Positions 41,265-54,558 of a stretch of 64,000 nt of DNA are shown here, one piece after another. This stretch comes from Octopus vulgaris (lineage: Eukaryota), in NCBI GenBank assembly GCA_951406725.2, contig OX597837.1:1-64000 (forward strand), given 5' to 3'. Under the pieces are notes generated by a model that was not told the DNA's origin, made no database searches, and saw only the letters and a program-made list of their open reading frames with translations. Every line of letters begins with the position of its first letter. Within the stretch, counting starts at the first letter, position 1. The position numbers and the translations under genes are program-made.

Positions 41265-42335
41265 TTGGGAAACATCTTTCCTTCTCCCCTTGACATCAAT
41301 ATCTGGTCGATTTATTATTATTATTATTATTATTATCGTCATCATCATAACAATTTCTAATTTCATTAGCTAGAATGTTATTTTGGTGGCAACATTTTCC
41401 TAAAATTTGAAGAATCTTTCTTTGGATTCTTGTACAATACAAGATGGTATTCTTTTCTGTCGGTCGACAATGCAAGTTTCAATTCCAAACTCTTTTAGTC
41501 TTTAAGATAGCATTTTGGGTGTTGTGTCAAGAGCACCAATTATCACAGGAATAATTGTTGTCTTGGTTGTCCACTGTCTCTTCAACTTTCTAGCTAGGTC
41601 CTGGTATTTCTTAATTTTTTTTTCTATTCCTTTCATACCGACTCTTGCATCATAGGGATTTGCAGAGTTCATAATCTTACAGTTTGTCTATTTTTATTTA
41701 CTTCTATAGTCATATCTGGTCATCTTGCTGTAACAGTATGGCCAGTCATTACTGGAAACTGCCATAAAATCCTGTAATTCACATTCTTTATCACAGCCTT
41801 TGGTTGCCTTCATATCACTTATTTCCTAAGCAGCAAGAATTAGTGATTCTGTATCTCGTTTTAAGTTTCCATCAGTCAGTCACAACCAGCGTTCTTCAAA
41901 CATTCTCAGTTTTAATCAGGAATCATCCTTGTAATTCTTTCTCCTCTCTCTTGAACTCTAGTGCTTTTGCGAATCGTTTTCGATATTTCTGCATGAGGAC
42001 AATAGTCTTTACTATGCACAGTATCGTTTGTCAACCCCAATATCGCAGTACTGGTGGCCTTTCCTAAGTTTAACACATCTCTGCCTCCTTCCTTGGTAGG
42101 TAGAGTCTGAAGGTGTTACTTTGAGAGCCGCCAGCAATGTACGTTGTGAGCAGCTTCCTAGTTCTTCTACCTAATTCCTGAATCTCCTTTTTTGTCCCCT
42201 TTAAGAAGGGAATGACACACCCTTTCAGCAGCTTCTCAATCCTTTTCTGGTACACTTCAGAGGTTTTCTCTCTCATTCCCTTTTCCATTCCTTTACCATC
42301 CTGCTGTACTCCAAGGTAATTGTATTTCTCAGTTA
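41265..42335 (-). mobile_element. Degenerate Dong/R4-type 3' fragment
   Basis: YNYLGV...ELGRRTRKLLT..RLYLPRKE; KYQDLA..L..W..TIIPVIIGAL readable at 41510-41620. Confidence 0.75.
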
Positions 42336-42515
42336 TCAAAGGATGTCATCTCGTGCTACCTTTATAACCTCATATTTAATCTTTTGGTGTCTCTTCATAA
42401 TTACAACTTATTTACTCGAAACAGCATACAAATATCCTTGCTAAATATATTATCATTTACTATTGTGTACTATGTATGCTTCTCTTCTCTGTCTTATTTT
42501 ATACTGTGTATACTG

Positions 42516-42576
<61 letters not shown>

Positions 42577-42924
42577 CACCTTGTTACCTCTTCACCTTGT
42601 TACCTCCCCTACTTTCCTTCTCCTGTTTGACCCCTCTGTCCGCCAATAGTCGCCATGATAGATCGTTAGCCACTACACACTTTTTCTCTCTCTCCTTGTT
42701 TCTGTCCTTGTTTTTTCTGTGTACCTTTCTGTAGAAGAGCGTAGGCTTGAAACGTAAAAGACTTTTTTTATTCCCGAGCGTTAAACTAATTAGACCTGTT
42801 TGTTTTGTACACCACCTGCCTTCGTCTTTTGTTTTTTCGTAAACTTTCCCTATATATATATATATATATATACGTTTATATATTTGTTGTGCAAGATTTT
42901 TTATGTGAAGTCGTGTATTGAAAC

Positions 42925-43678
42925 AGATATTGTTATATTTCGGAATGGTCATTTTGCCAGTTTAGCCAATAAAAACACACGCACTATATATTTGGTGTTA
43001 TTTTGCTTCAATCAACAACATAGAAATTAAAATATTGTCCACACATAGAACAGAGGCAACAATCAGACAAATTACAGAAGCTACACACATAATAGAAAAT
43101 AAACCTTTCCTGAATAGGAAACTAGAATGGAACACTAGCACACACCACAACATATGACGGTAGAGGATCCTGAAAACATAATAAATACCCAGATAAATAA
43201 ACAAATAGAAATAAATAACTATATAAGTTTTTATTTATTTATTATTATTATTACTAGTATTGTTGTTATACATACATACATACATACAAGCATATGTAAT
43301 GATAATAACAAGTGGATGTAAACACATGAACAAAATAAGAATAAACAAAAACAACAACAACAAAAACAAATTACATGAACGTATATAAACAGAAGATACA
43401 AATATTACAGGCATCCCCCCCACACTAAATAAACATAGACGCACATAGAGATATAAGCATGCGCAAATGAAGACATACAATAGAAATACAAAATGGCTGA
43501 CGGTTAGTAAGGAGAGACACAAATAATGATGCGGTCACAGGAGTGTGACGAAAGAACTCTGGCCAAAATAAGATTAAGATTAATGTAAAAAATAAATAAC
43601 ACTGAAGCAAAATAATACCAAATATATAGTACGTGTGTTTTTATTGGCTAAACTGGCAAAATGATCATTCCGAAATAT

Positions 43679-43686
<8 letters not shown>
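42925..43686 (+). mobile_element. Penelope-like 3' fragment with ~85-bp inverted termini
   Basis: 42926-43010 is the reverse complement of 43602-43686; peptide KILSTHRTEATIRQITEATHIIENKPFLNRKLEW resembles a GIY-YIG C-terminus. Confidence 0.7.
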
Positions 43687-43733
<47 letters not shown>

Positions 43734-43882
43734 CATTCCAAAATATAACAATATATATATATATATGATCATTCCGAAATATAACAATATATATATATAT
43801 ATATATATATGTAGATCCCGGGTTGAGTCGGGGTTAACCACAGTAAATAAGGTACTCAATACATGGCAGAGTAAATTAATTT

Positions 43883-44001
43883 ATTTTATAGAAGGAGCTT
43901 CTACAGGACTAGAACTGTTTCATTCAAATGAAATCATCAGGAAGCTTTCTGATGATTTCATTTGAATGAAACAGTTCTAGTCCTGTAGAAGCTCCTTCTA
44001 T

Positions 44002-44006
<5 letters not shown>
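43883..44006. ncRNA. Palindromic head-to-head hammerhead-like pair (copy 1)
   Basis: AGCTTY-CTGATGA-TTTCATTTGAAT-GAAA-CAG ttctagtc CTG-TA-GAAGCT on both strands, centred on AAGCTT at 43942-43947. Confidence 0.7.
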
Positions 44007-44047
<41 letters not shown>

Positions 44048-44301
44048 TTCAGCAAAATTTAGATTCAGATGAATATGGTACTTAAGTTAGATGCAGCAGA
44101 ACTTTGTATGGTGTTATCCATTTAAATCCATGGGGTTTAATCAAAATAAGCAACAAGAATATCTCCGGTAATTTGGTAAGATAAGCTCTACTACCTCAAT
44201 GTTCTTAAAATTCAAATCAACATCTTTGTCTATATATCTACCTTCTCTATAATGTTATCAATTAATATGAAAAATATGTATTAATGGGAAACCTCTATAA
44301 A

Positions 44302-44386
44302 TGGCTGATGATTGCTCAACATTTAAAAAACTGTTGTAATATTTACAATATTTAATAAAATGATGTAGCGTGAAACGATCGTATCA
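44302..44386 (+). ncRNA. Hammerhead-like motif with extended stem II (copy at 45049-45133)
   Basis: TGG-CTGATGA-TTGCT...AGCGT-GAAA-CGATCG-TA-TCA; palindromic stem III ACGATCGT. Confidence 0.6.
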
Positions 44387-44418
44387 AATTACCGGAGATA
44401 TTCTTGTTGCTTATTTTG

Positions 44419-44452
<34 letters not shown>

Positions 44453-44597
44453 CATTCCAAAATATAACAATATATATATATATATGATCATTCCGAAATA
44501 TAACAATATATATATATATATATATATGTAGATCCCGGGTTGAGTCGGGGTTAACCACAGTAAATAAGGTACTCAATACATGACAGAGTAAATTAAT

Positions 44598-44720
44598 TTA
44601 TTTTATAGAAGGAGCTTCTACAGGACTAGAACTGTTTCATTCAAATGAAATCATCAGGAAGCTTTCTGATGATTTCATTTGAATGAAACAGTTCTAGTCC
44701 TGTAGAAGCTCCTTCTATAA

Positions 44721-44725
<5 letters not shown>
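44598..44725. ncRNA. Palindromic head-to-head hammerhead-like pair (copy 2)
   Basis: Same sequence as copy 1. Confidence 0.7.
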
Positions 44726-44795
<70 letters not shown>

Positions 44796-45165
44796 TTCAG
44801 CAAAATTTAGATTCAGATGAATATGGTACTTAAGTTAGATGCAGCAGAACTTTGTATGGTGTTATCCATTTAAATCCATGGGGTTTCATCAAAATAAGCA
44901 ACAAGAATATCTCGGTAATTTGGTAAGATAAGCTCTACTACCTCAATGTTCTTAAAATTCAAATCAACATCTTTGTCTATATATCTACCTTCTCTATAAT
45001 GTTATCAATTAATATGAAAAATATGTATTAATGGGAAACCTCTATAAATGGCTGATGATTGCTCAACATTTAAAAAACTGTTGTAATATTTACAATATTT
45101 AATAAAATGATGTAGCGTGAAACGATCGTATCAAATTACCGGAGATATTCTTGTTGCTTATTTTG

Positions 45166-45217
<52 letters not shown>

Positions 45218-45641
45218 AGTATTAATAAAATCTTTTTTCCATCTATTTTATTAATACTGTTACCTCAACTACCACTATGAAGTTCCTGCAATCTACGGAT
45301 AATAACAGGTAATCGAAACTGTGCTGATGCTTTACTCATCATCCACTTATACATTTTGTATAATTTCTCCATTATATATATATAAAGATGAAACAAAACG
45401 CAATAGAGGGCATTAAAACGTTCGGACAGATAGACGATACAAAGGTGGACAAGAGAAACAACAATTAGAGGGACAAGAAAAAAAGGACGGGTCATTCGTG
45501 ACTTTCTTTTTTCAGTCAAGTCCCAGAAGTCACGACCATTTCGGGAAACCCCCACACTTGATGTCTGTCTTTGTATTACCCCACCCTCAAGTTCCGCCCT
45601 GATGACAAAAGAAATCATCATCATTATTATTATCATTTTAA

Positions 45642-45832
45642 AGGCGGTGAGCTGGATGAATCGTTAGCACGCCGGGCGAAATGCTTAGCGGTGTTTCTCT
45701 CGTCGCTACGTTCTGAGTTCAAATTCCACTGGGGTCGATAAATTAAGTACTAGTGAAATACTGGGGTTAATGTAATAGACTTAATCCCTTCTCCCAAAAC
45801 TTCAGGTCTTATGCCTATAATAGAAAGGATTA
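45642..45832 (+). mobile_element. SINE family B
   Basis: GGCGGTGAGCTGG..GAATCGTTAGC head, B-box, core. Confidence 0.85.
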
Positions 45833-45873
45833 TCATGATTAATCATCATTATTATTATCATTATTATTATTAT

Positions 45874-46432
45874 TGAGTGAGCGAGCAGAGCATGCCATCG
45901 AAGTGACACTGGGGTAAAATATATGAAGCCCAGTATACCCATCATGACTACCCGTCTGATAAGGGTACACCAGGAACATGCATCACAACCATATGTGCGC
46001 GACATGGTGATCTCATATCAAGATAAACAGCACATGACCTTGCAGGTGGAGCCCAGTTAGAATTTTCTTCAGATCGAGTAACCCATCCCGCTCAAAAGGT
46101 CCCTGAATAAGGCTTGTTTAAGGATGTTGAACGAAACACCCATGTTTCCAGAGGTGAATTATTCAAACCCCAAAGAATCCTTCTCAACACATGGCTATGA
46201 TGCTCCCCCACTACTTCTGCTCGTGATCAGAGATGCACATATCGTCAGCCACTAAGGGGCATGCTCAACTGGTTAAGGTCAAACAACTGACAAGCAAATC
46301 TGTGGTATTGAGCAGAATATTTGCTGTAGCCCATCTTTTATACCAAGACAAAACAATGTACATGATAACACTTCCAATCAGTTAAGATCAGAAGCCATGA
46401 GAGCCACTGCCTGGTACTGCATCAGGGCATTT
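45874..46432 (-). mobile_element. Non-coding ~560-bp insertion in (TAA)n, possibly a non-autonomous Dong-type element
   Basis: GC-richer block bounded by (ATT)n on both sides, no ORF. Confidence 0.45.
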
Positions 46433-47080
46433 TATTATTATTATTATTGCTGTTGTACCTGAAAGTCGCATTCAGTTTTGGTTCTGATAATTTTTTACAG
46501 AAAATCGCCTCATTTTTATCAGAAGGGGTTTAAATAATTTGCATTTTTTCTTTAACTCTGTATCCAATTACACTAAAAAGTTCGCACCAAAGCTGCCGAC
46601 CCTTTGCGGAACAGTTGTGTGCCGCGGCATAGTGATTGAAAATGTTTGCTCTATCCGTTCTACAAACCGCGCCCTGCCCCTCCAAAAATATCAACCGTAC
46701 AAAATTACAAAGCCAAAAAAAAAGGGGAAAAATCAATAACAATAACAACTACGACAGTAGTAACAAGGAGAGCAACAAGAACAGAAGCAATAATAATAAC
46801 AACAACAACAGAATACATAATAAAAACAACGCTTCAACAAGAATAGCAGTAAAAAGAAATAACAAAAACAATAGCTCGAAACTAACGGAGTTAAGATATT
46901 CTGTTCACGGAATGAAATTTGAAACACACAACAACAACAACAGCAGCAGCAGCAACAATAACAGCAACAACAAATAAAATGGACAACAATACATTTATTT
47001 CATTGCAGAGATTAAAATGGCGGATAACAACAATAACAAAAGTAACAACGACTACGGCAGCAGCATTGGCAGCAACAGCT

Positions 47081-47119
<39 letters not shown>

Positions 47120-47834
47120 ATAATAATAATAATAATAATAACAATAATAATAATAATAATAAAAAAAAATAATAATAATAAATGAAGCAGTAATCTCTGC
47201 ATGAAAGCATGACCTGCGTGAAACAGAAGCCAAATCTACCTCGAATCTCGCGTTAACTTCTTTTGAAAATAGGAAGGATACAAACGATAAAGGCGGGATG
47301 TTCGCGAATGGAAAGCCTTTGGAGAAAGACGTAGTTGCTTGATCTGGTTGGAGTTAATCAACAACAATAACACTAACAATTGTAGGAGCAAGAAGGAAAA
47401 AAATAACAACTACAATAAAAACAACAACCCCACAACAACATTTTGTTGATTTAAAAAAAATGTTTTATGCATTTTTTTTGCTGTTTTCGATTTTTTTTTG
47501 CCAAAAGATTTTTATAATAAAATTTCTGAGGATTGGAAGATGAAACAGGAACGGAATGGATAATGGCGACAAGAACAACAACAACAACAAGATAACCCAC
47601 GTTCCAGGATTTGTAGATCTGCTAAAATTAGAAACGAAATCAACTTCAAATCACCGTCCTAATATAAAAGGTAGAAGGACATACTGGACATAGCGTAGTC
47701 ATGGGTAAATGTAAAGATTGGATGGTCACGACTGGATCGCTTTGGATAATTAATCAATTAGGTCAGTGGTGGTCTACAGCTAAATAAAAACAAAATATAA
47801 ACAACAATAATTGGAAACATTTTAACGACAGTTG

Positions 47835-48582
47835 ACACAAGGCCAGCAATTTCGGAGAGAGCTAAGTCGATTACATCGACTCCAGTATATAACAGATACA
47901 TATCCGAAAGGATAAAAGGCAAAAACGATCTCGGTAGAATTTGAACTCAGAACGTAAAGACAGTAAATACCACTAACATTTCGCCCAACGTGATAACGAT
48001 CCTGCCGGATGGCCGCCGGAAATAATTCCTTCTACCAAAGCACAAGACCTTAAATTTTGTGGGAGGAGATCGTCGATTTCATCGACCCTAGTGTTTCACT
48101 GGTACTTAATTTATCGGCCCCGAAAGTATGAAAGGTAAAGTTGGCCTCGGCGGAATTTGAACTCAGAACGTAGCGACGGGTGAAATACCTATTTCTTTAC
48201 TACCCACAAGGGGCTAAACACAGAGAGGACAAACAAGGACAGACAAACGGATTAAGTCGATTATATCGACCCCGGTGCGTAACTGGTACTTATTTAATCG
48301 ATCCCGAAAGGATGAAAGGCAAAGTCGAACTCGGCGGAATTTGAACTCAGAACGTAGCGGCAGACGAAACATCGCTAAGCATCTTGTCCAACATGCTAAC
48401 GATTCTGCTTGCTCGCTGCATTTAATATGATTATAATAATCCTTTCTACTCTAGGCAGAAGGCCTGAAATTTGTGGTGAGTGTGTCGGCCAATCGATTAG
48501 ATCAACCTCAGTGCACAACTGGTACTTAATTTATCGACCCCGAAATGATGAAAGGCAAAGTCAACTTCGGCGAAATTTGAAT
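47835..48582 (-). mobile_element. Cluster of four SINE family B copies
   Basis: Repeated CGAAAGGATGAAAGGCAAAGTCGACCTCGGCGGAATTTGAACTCAGAACG-like block. Confidence 0.85.
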
Positions 48583-48592
48583 ATGATTTTAA

Positions 48593-50296
48593 TAACAAGA
48601 GCACTCAGAGAATACAAACCTCCGCCAAGGCAACACCAACGTCCTTAATTTTTTATTACCCACAAGGGGCTAAAAATAGAGGTTATACATTATTGGAGAA
48701 ATAAAAATACAAAAAGAAATCGTGTAAGGAAGAAAAAATAAAAAGAACGAATGAAAATATGAAAATGCCCACTCGACCCCCGAAGTCGAGTGGTTACATT
48801 TACACATTATTTTGGACAGGTATTTCTTTTTTTTTTATAATTTTAAAAGGTCACATAATTTTTATATATTGTATATATTAAAAAAAAAATTATCAACTCT
48901 GTGTTCAATTACGGGTGGTAGAGTATCAAACCATACCGGACCGTCGAATGAAGTTATATACCATGTATATGATTTTCTGAACGCGTCGTATCTGTCGACA
49001 TTCAATAGTACACACCTTTTCTCCTCCTTGAAAGGGTGAAGTAAGAGTGAAGCTACCTCCCTGGGCAGCTTCATCCTTACCAATCTCTTCCACTTGGAAA
49101 TTCTCCTTTCCATATCTACATTTTTTTTTGTTAGTAAACTATGAATGCCTCATTTCTAAAACCGTGCTGTACATTCTCTACCACCAATTCTCTCTCTCTT
49201 GGTTCCGTTTCTACTGTCTGCATATGCTTAAATATAGGCGGCTCCCTACCTTCTCTTCGGTGGTAGCCACAACAGCTGCCACTAACCACTCTGGTTTTAT
49301 TTCTGGTGGCACCCTCCCAATGCAAATGCGTACACTTCGCCTGCCCCTATACGTGGGCAGCAGCGTCACCTTTTCAGTGCGTAAAATAGTGGTGGAATGT
49401 GAGGCTGCCTCTTCTTTGGTGGTAAACCTCACCTCCACCGTACCATATTTCATTTCTCGACTCACGAAAGTTGCCGTTTTCATCAGGGGTCCCAAACATT
49501 CCCCCACGTCATTTTCTGATAGAATTTCAGCTTTATTGGTGGTGACGGTGATGTACCGCTTGCGTGCGGTACATCACCGTCCTATCACTCTTATCCTCGA
49601 CACCGTTTCTTCTGGAAGGACCAGCTCTACTGCACATCCCTCTCTTTGTACGAACTGCTCAATTATCTCTTCCACATTTACTGTTATCCGTTTCGCGTCC
49701 AACGGCGCAGCTGTTCCCACTCAGCGGCTTCTGCATAGCTTTTCATAATGAAAAACGTACTATTCAGCCCCACAATGGGAAGAAAACAGTAGAAAAACAA
49801 TCACGCGCGAGTTGCTCAACAATAATTTTCAACAGTGGTATACAACAATTTCAGCAACAGACATTCTCGAAGAGAAAGCCTTCAACATGTAACAACAATC
49901 CAAAACCGTGGTCAAAAATGACGAAACTCAAACAAACAAGTTGTTAGTCTGCGACACCATCGTCCTCTCAATGATTAACCAGAGATAAGTTTTGAAATGA
50001 GAATATCTGAAATAAATTCGACTGCTCTCACAAACGAGAATACTAAAAATGAACTCAACCGCTCTCAAAAATTAAGCAAAAAAAAAAAAAAAAAAACAGG
50101 AAACATAATCCAGAATCCTTGACCAGTATCGGATCGATCCCAAAATCTAATGAGTTCGTGCCAATCACAAGGCCAAACATCTCTGAAAGTTTCGTCCGAA
50201 TCAATCTTGCGGTTCTCGAGATATCTTGTCCACAGACAAACAAACAAACGCGACCGAACACAATACCTCCGCTTTCGCTAAGGTAGAGGTAATAAC
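48593..50296. mobile_element. Helentron/DINE-1-like short element split by an insertion (48593-48645 plus 49954-50296)
   Basis: ACCTCCGCCAAGG near one end; (ACAA)n microsatellite and terminal hairpin ACCTCCGCTT..AAGGTAGAGGT at the other. Confidence 0.6.
48646..49953 (-). mobile_element. TSD-flanked 1.3-kb ORF1-only retroelement (L1/Tx1-like ORF1 remnant, no RT)
   Basis: 13-bp TSD ACACCA(A/T)CGTCCT; peptide YGTVEVRFTTKEEA...LLPTYRGRRSVRICIGRVPPEIKPEWL; 3' hairpin and AATAAA end. Confidence 0.7.
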
Positions 50297-51005
50297 AATG
50301 AGATTGTATACAGTGCCCAGGTGCACGAAAAAAGGCGGCATCAGGTGTACTGTTGGTGAATTTTAGAAAGCATGGAAGTTTTGAAGGATGTAGTATCTCG
50401 ACAGCTAACGACTGGTACGGGTAGTTTATTCCATACTTCAGCAATTCCGAGTGTGAAAAATATTTCCGAAAGTCATGGATGCTGTGTTGCTTTTCGAATT
50501 TGTAAGCATGTCCACAAGTATTAGATGAATGAAGTACAAAAAGGTGCCCAAGATTGTTGTCGGAGAGATGGCGGATAATCTTGTGGATGTCTACGAAGTC
50601 AGTTGCCAGACATCAGAGCTCCAATGTGTACATGTTCCAGGAAGCAAGACATTCAAAGAACAGTAGATGCTTGATGGCGGGTATTCATTTGGTTGCACGT
50701 TTCTGAACAGTTTCCAGGAAATTCATATGCCGAGCAAGATAGGGATTCCAGATTGGTGATGAAAACTGTGAACGTACTATAGTCATATGCAGCTTTAAAC
50801 AGATAGCTGGAGAGCGGCTGATAAAAGTCTTGAGTAATGCTAAGACATCCTTCTTGACAATCCTAGAAATGTGGTTTTTCCAAAGCGGATCGCTGTTGAC
50901 AAGAATACCCAAGTCACATTAACTGGCAGACTTCATAAGGTTGGGGTTGTAGAGGGAGTATGTAAAAACTAGCTTGAGTTGCCAGTCAGTAATCCATTAC
51001 AGCAT
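50296..51005 (-). mobile_element. Degenerate CR1 3' fragment
   Basis: DLGILV..L.WKNHISRIVKK...SPIWNPYL...LETVQKRATK. Confidence 0.8.
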
Positions 51006-51547
51006 CAAATTTTGGCACAAGGCCAGCATGTCCGGAGGAGGAGCAAGTCGTTCACATCGACCCCAATGTTCAACTGGTATATATCTTATCGACCTCGGTG
51101 AAATTTGAGCTCAGAACATAAAGACGGACGAAATGCTGATAAGCGTTTTGTCGGGTGTGCTAACGATTCTGCCAGCTCACTTCCTTGTGCCAGCGACAAT
51201 GTTAACAACAGCAACAGTCTTGTCTCACAATCATAATTTCTTCTTAATCCTCCTCCTGCTTCTTTCTTCCTTTCTCGGAAAATTCTAGCAGCACAGGTCA
51301 AAGATTTTGGTCGAAAGTTTACGTGGTCATTGTACAGATTCGTTGAAGGTTGTTGTGTGAGACAAGTTTGATTTGCAGAAGAGATCAGGTCATAGACAAA
51401 GGAAAGTCAAGAATTTCTGCTGAAAGGTTACCTTCCAAGAATATCTTAAATTGAGCATCGGATTTGTTTTTAAATACTGGCTCTGTTGCTAAAACAATAG
51501 CATAACCAATTTTTACGTTTATATAATTTTTATACATACATACATAC

Positions 51548-52432
51548 TTTGAAGGTATGCGTTTGCAATCCAGGAACAGGAAATATCAACCAAATACCTG
51601 AGTCACAAAAGGGACAGAGATGCGGGAAAAACCGTAAAATGTGACAATCGATGCAGACTTTGTGGAGCCCACACTGAAGATATCACCCACATCATAAGTA
51701 GTTGTCTGAAAATGTCATCGTGGTATTATCTACGATGAGACATGATCTTGTAGCTAGGGCACTCTATAATGAAATCAGTAGGGATGATAATCCCGAAGAC
51801 AAAGAAATAAAACCCCACCATATTGCCACTCAGAATGAAGCCATTGCCACTCAGAATAAAAAGGAATACTGGTGGAATGTACCAGTGAAGACCTCAATAA
51901 AATGTAAGCACAACAGACCTGATATAATGATTTGGGACAGAGAAGAGAAACTGTGCACAGTTGTGGAAATTAGGTGCCCAGCAGATATTAACACAAAGCT
52001 GAAGATCAGTGAAAAAGAGAACACCTATGCTGAACTATTAAGAAATCTGCAGTTACTCTATCCAGATTACAAGTTCAGGTTTATACCTGTAACTATTGTA
52101 ACACGCTGCCTAAATACTAATCTTGAGAAATTAGGCTTCTCAAAAACAGTACGGAGAAAGCTAATTCGAAGACTACAGATCCAATCCATCACTGGAACTG
52201 TAACAATCTGTAAAACTTTCCAGAAGTTTATCATTTAAATATAGATGAGCGTGTTTAGATATAAAACTATATGTATCAGAATACATCCACAAAACATACA
52301 AAATCTGCACATACATACTTACAAACAAAAATACCTTATTGTTGATGTTGAAATTCCAATGAAGGAACCTTGGATCTAGGTTAGAAACTGGTTCTTTATT
52401 TGGCAAGAAATCTTGGAATAAACTGAATAATG
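51548..52432 (+). mobile_element. 3' fragment of an RLE-type (R4/CRE/NeSL-like) LINE
   Basis: AIQEQEISTKYL, CRLCG..EDITHIISSC, RHD, HNRPDIMIWD..VVEI.CP.D, EKENTY. Confidence 0.85.
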
Positions 52433-53434
52433 ATACACACACACACACGATAAAATCATTAAAGTGATTTTATCCTTAATTCTATAAAGAATAAAAATAA
52501 ACAAATAAATAAAATACACACATGTATGATGATGGATATGTATATTTGTATAGCTGCAAATTTTATATACATCCTCGCATAATTTTATATAGAAGTTTAA
52601 CTGTGTATATATGTATGGGTATATGTTGGAAGAAGTGTCACTATACTAATATAAAACCTTCATCCATCTTTATATGAAGAAGGGAATTTTCTATTTCCAA
52701 AAAGTTGATATGGTTTCTGAAAACTCTGGCTATTATTTCTAACAGGTTTATTTACCACATAGAGACTCCGTTAGTTGTTAGTGTTTAGTTCAAGTAAGGC
52801 CTGATGGAGCAAACCTATGTTAAAGGGATTTCTAGTCGTGACTACCTTGCCTTTCTATCAGGGAGCAAATCATAAAACATGCTCTCCTCTGATTGAAGAC
52901 GTAAGGTATGTGATTCAGGGGATGTTAGCTGATGTTTCTAGCAATTCGGGATACCTTTCAGTGGTTCAGTCGTTGATTCTGCGTCGAGGTATTTTTGTTG
53001 CTGTTAAAAACTAGGTGTAGTCTGATGGACCAGACATATACTAAACGGTGTTCAAACCGTGACGCTCACCTCTCTATACTTTAGAGACTTCGTTGCTCAA
53101 CGCGTCCCTCGTTTCATAAATACTGTGTATGATTTAAAGAGATTGATGTCGGATTTCGTGCAGGATAATCTCACCTCGTTTTTGAAAGAGGTGAGATATA
53201 TCGGTAGGGAAAATCTGCCCAGTTATTCTAGTTTGGATAGATAAATAGATATTCCACACACGCTCATACACACACATATATAAATAAACATACATATACT
53301 CATGAAGTCAGAACGATTTGTATAGATCTGTTCATATATATTTATATATATATACGTACATATATTTATATACAAAAAAATGTATTGTGTACATACATAC
53401 ACACACACACACACACACATACACAAACACACAC

Positions 53435-53486
<52 letters not shown>

Positions 53487-53753
53487 CATACACTTCCATA
53501 TATACAATCTTTCAGAGGGAAAGAAAAGCTGTTTAAGATTCCGCAGGAAACAGTAAGTTTGAGAGAATCCTTGCTGCTACTGGTAGTGGTGGGGTTGGCG
53601 GTGCATTGGCGGAATAGCAGAATAATAATGGATTGCCTGTAGACGGAAGGTTCTGAGTTTACCAAATATTCTCCAAGCCTGGATCTAATCCCCGAAATGC
53701 TACAGGCAAACCAATGGAGAAATAGAGAGATTAATTGATAGTTGAAAAGATAG

Positions 53754-53786
<33 letters not shown>

Positions 53787-53937
53787 TGGAGAGAAAGTGA
53801 AAGAGAGAGAGAGATTGAGTGAAGAAGGAGAGATTAAGTTAGAGAGAGGAAGGGAGAATTCTTTGTCTTGAGAGTATTTCTTATTTCTTTTAACTTGGAA
53901 CGTTCTTACATGTATGTGCAAGAGAAGCAGAATTGAC

Positions 53938-54004
<67 letters not shown>

Positions 54005-54091
54005 GGGGAGAGGTGGGCTGAGTAAATGGAAGGAAGGAAGAAAGTAATATATCTATATATCAGTACTTACATAAATGTGTGTGTGTGTATG

Positions 54092-54134
<43 letters not shown>

Positions 54135-54558
54135 TATGATTTCGCTTAGGCATTGGCGTGTATGATCGTAAGATTGTGGTTTCGATTCCTGGAGCGGGTG
54201 ATGTGTTGTGTTCTCGAGCAAAACACTCTACTTCACGTTGCTCCAGTCCACTCAGATGGCAAAAAGGAGTTAATTCCATCCAGATAGGGAATATATACGC
54301 CACGGAAAATCGGGAAACCGGCCCTTATGACTCGGGAAGGAACTTTACTTAAGCATAAGGATATTAATACCCATAATCTTACAGCTTCTTAGAAGTCATT
54401 AATATGCATATATGTATATATAAATAGGAAATACTGGCACAACAAAGTACCAAGTTTTGCTGGAAATAGCAGTCGATAACCAATAACCTTGTTGTGCCAC
54501 TATTTCCGGTTTACAATTTTACATTTCCTGTGCTTTATTTAGCTAGAAAATAATATTT

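Larger units (their letters stand above)
43730..45213. repeat. Tandem duplication of a ~720-750-bp unit containing three hammerhead-like motifs
   Basis: 43730-44446 is nearly identical to 44447-45213 apart from (TA)n length. Confidence 0.95.

Noticed and set aside
43525-43562. Hammerhead (ATGATGC-GGTCAC..GTGAC-GAAAG)
   Set aside because: The core deviates at several positions and there is no stem I or III
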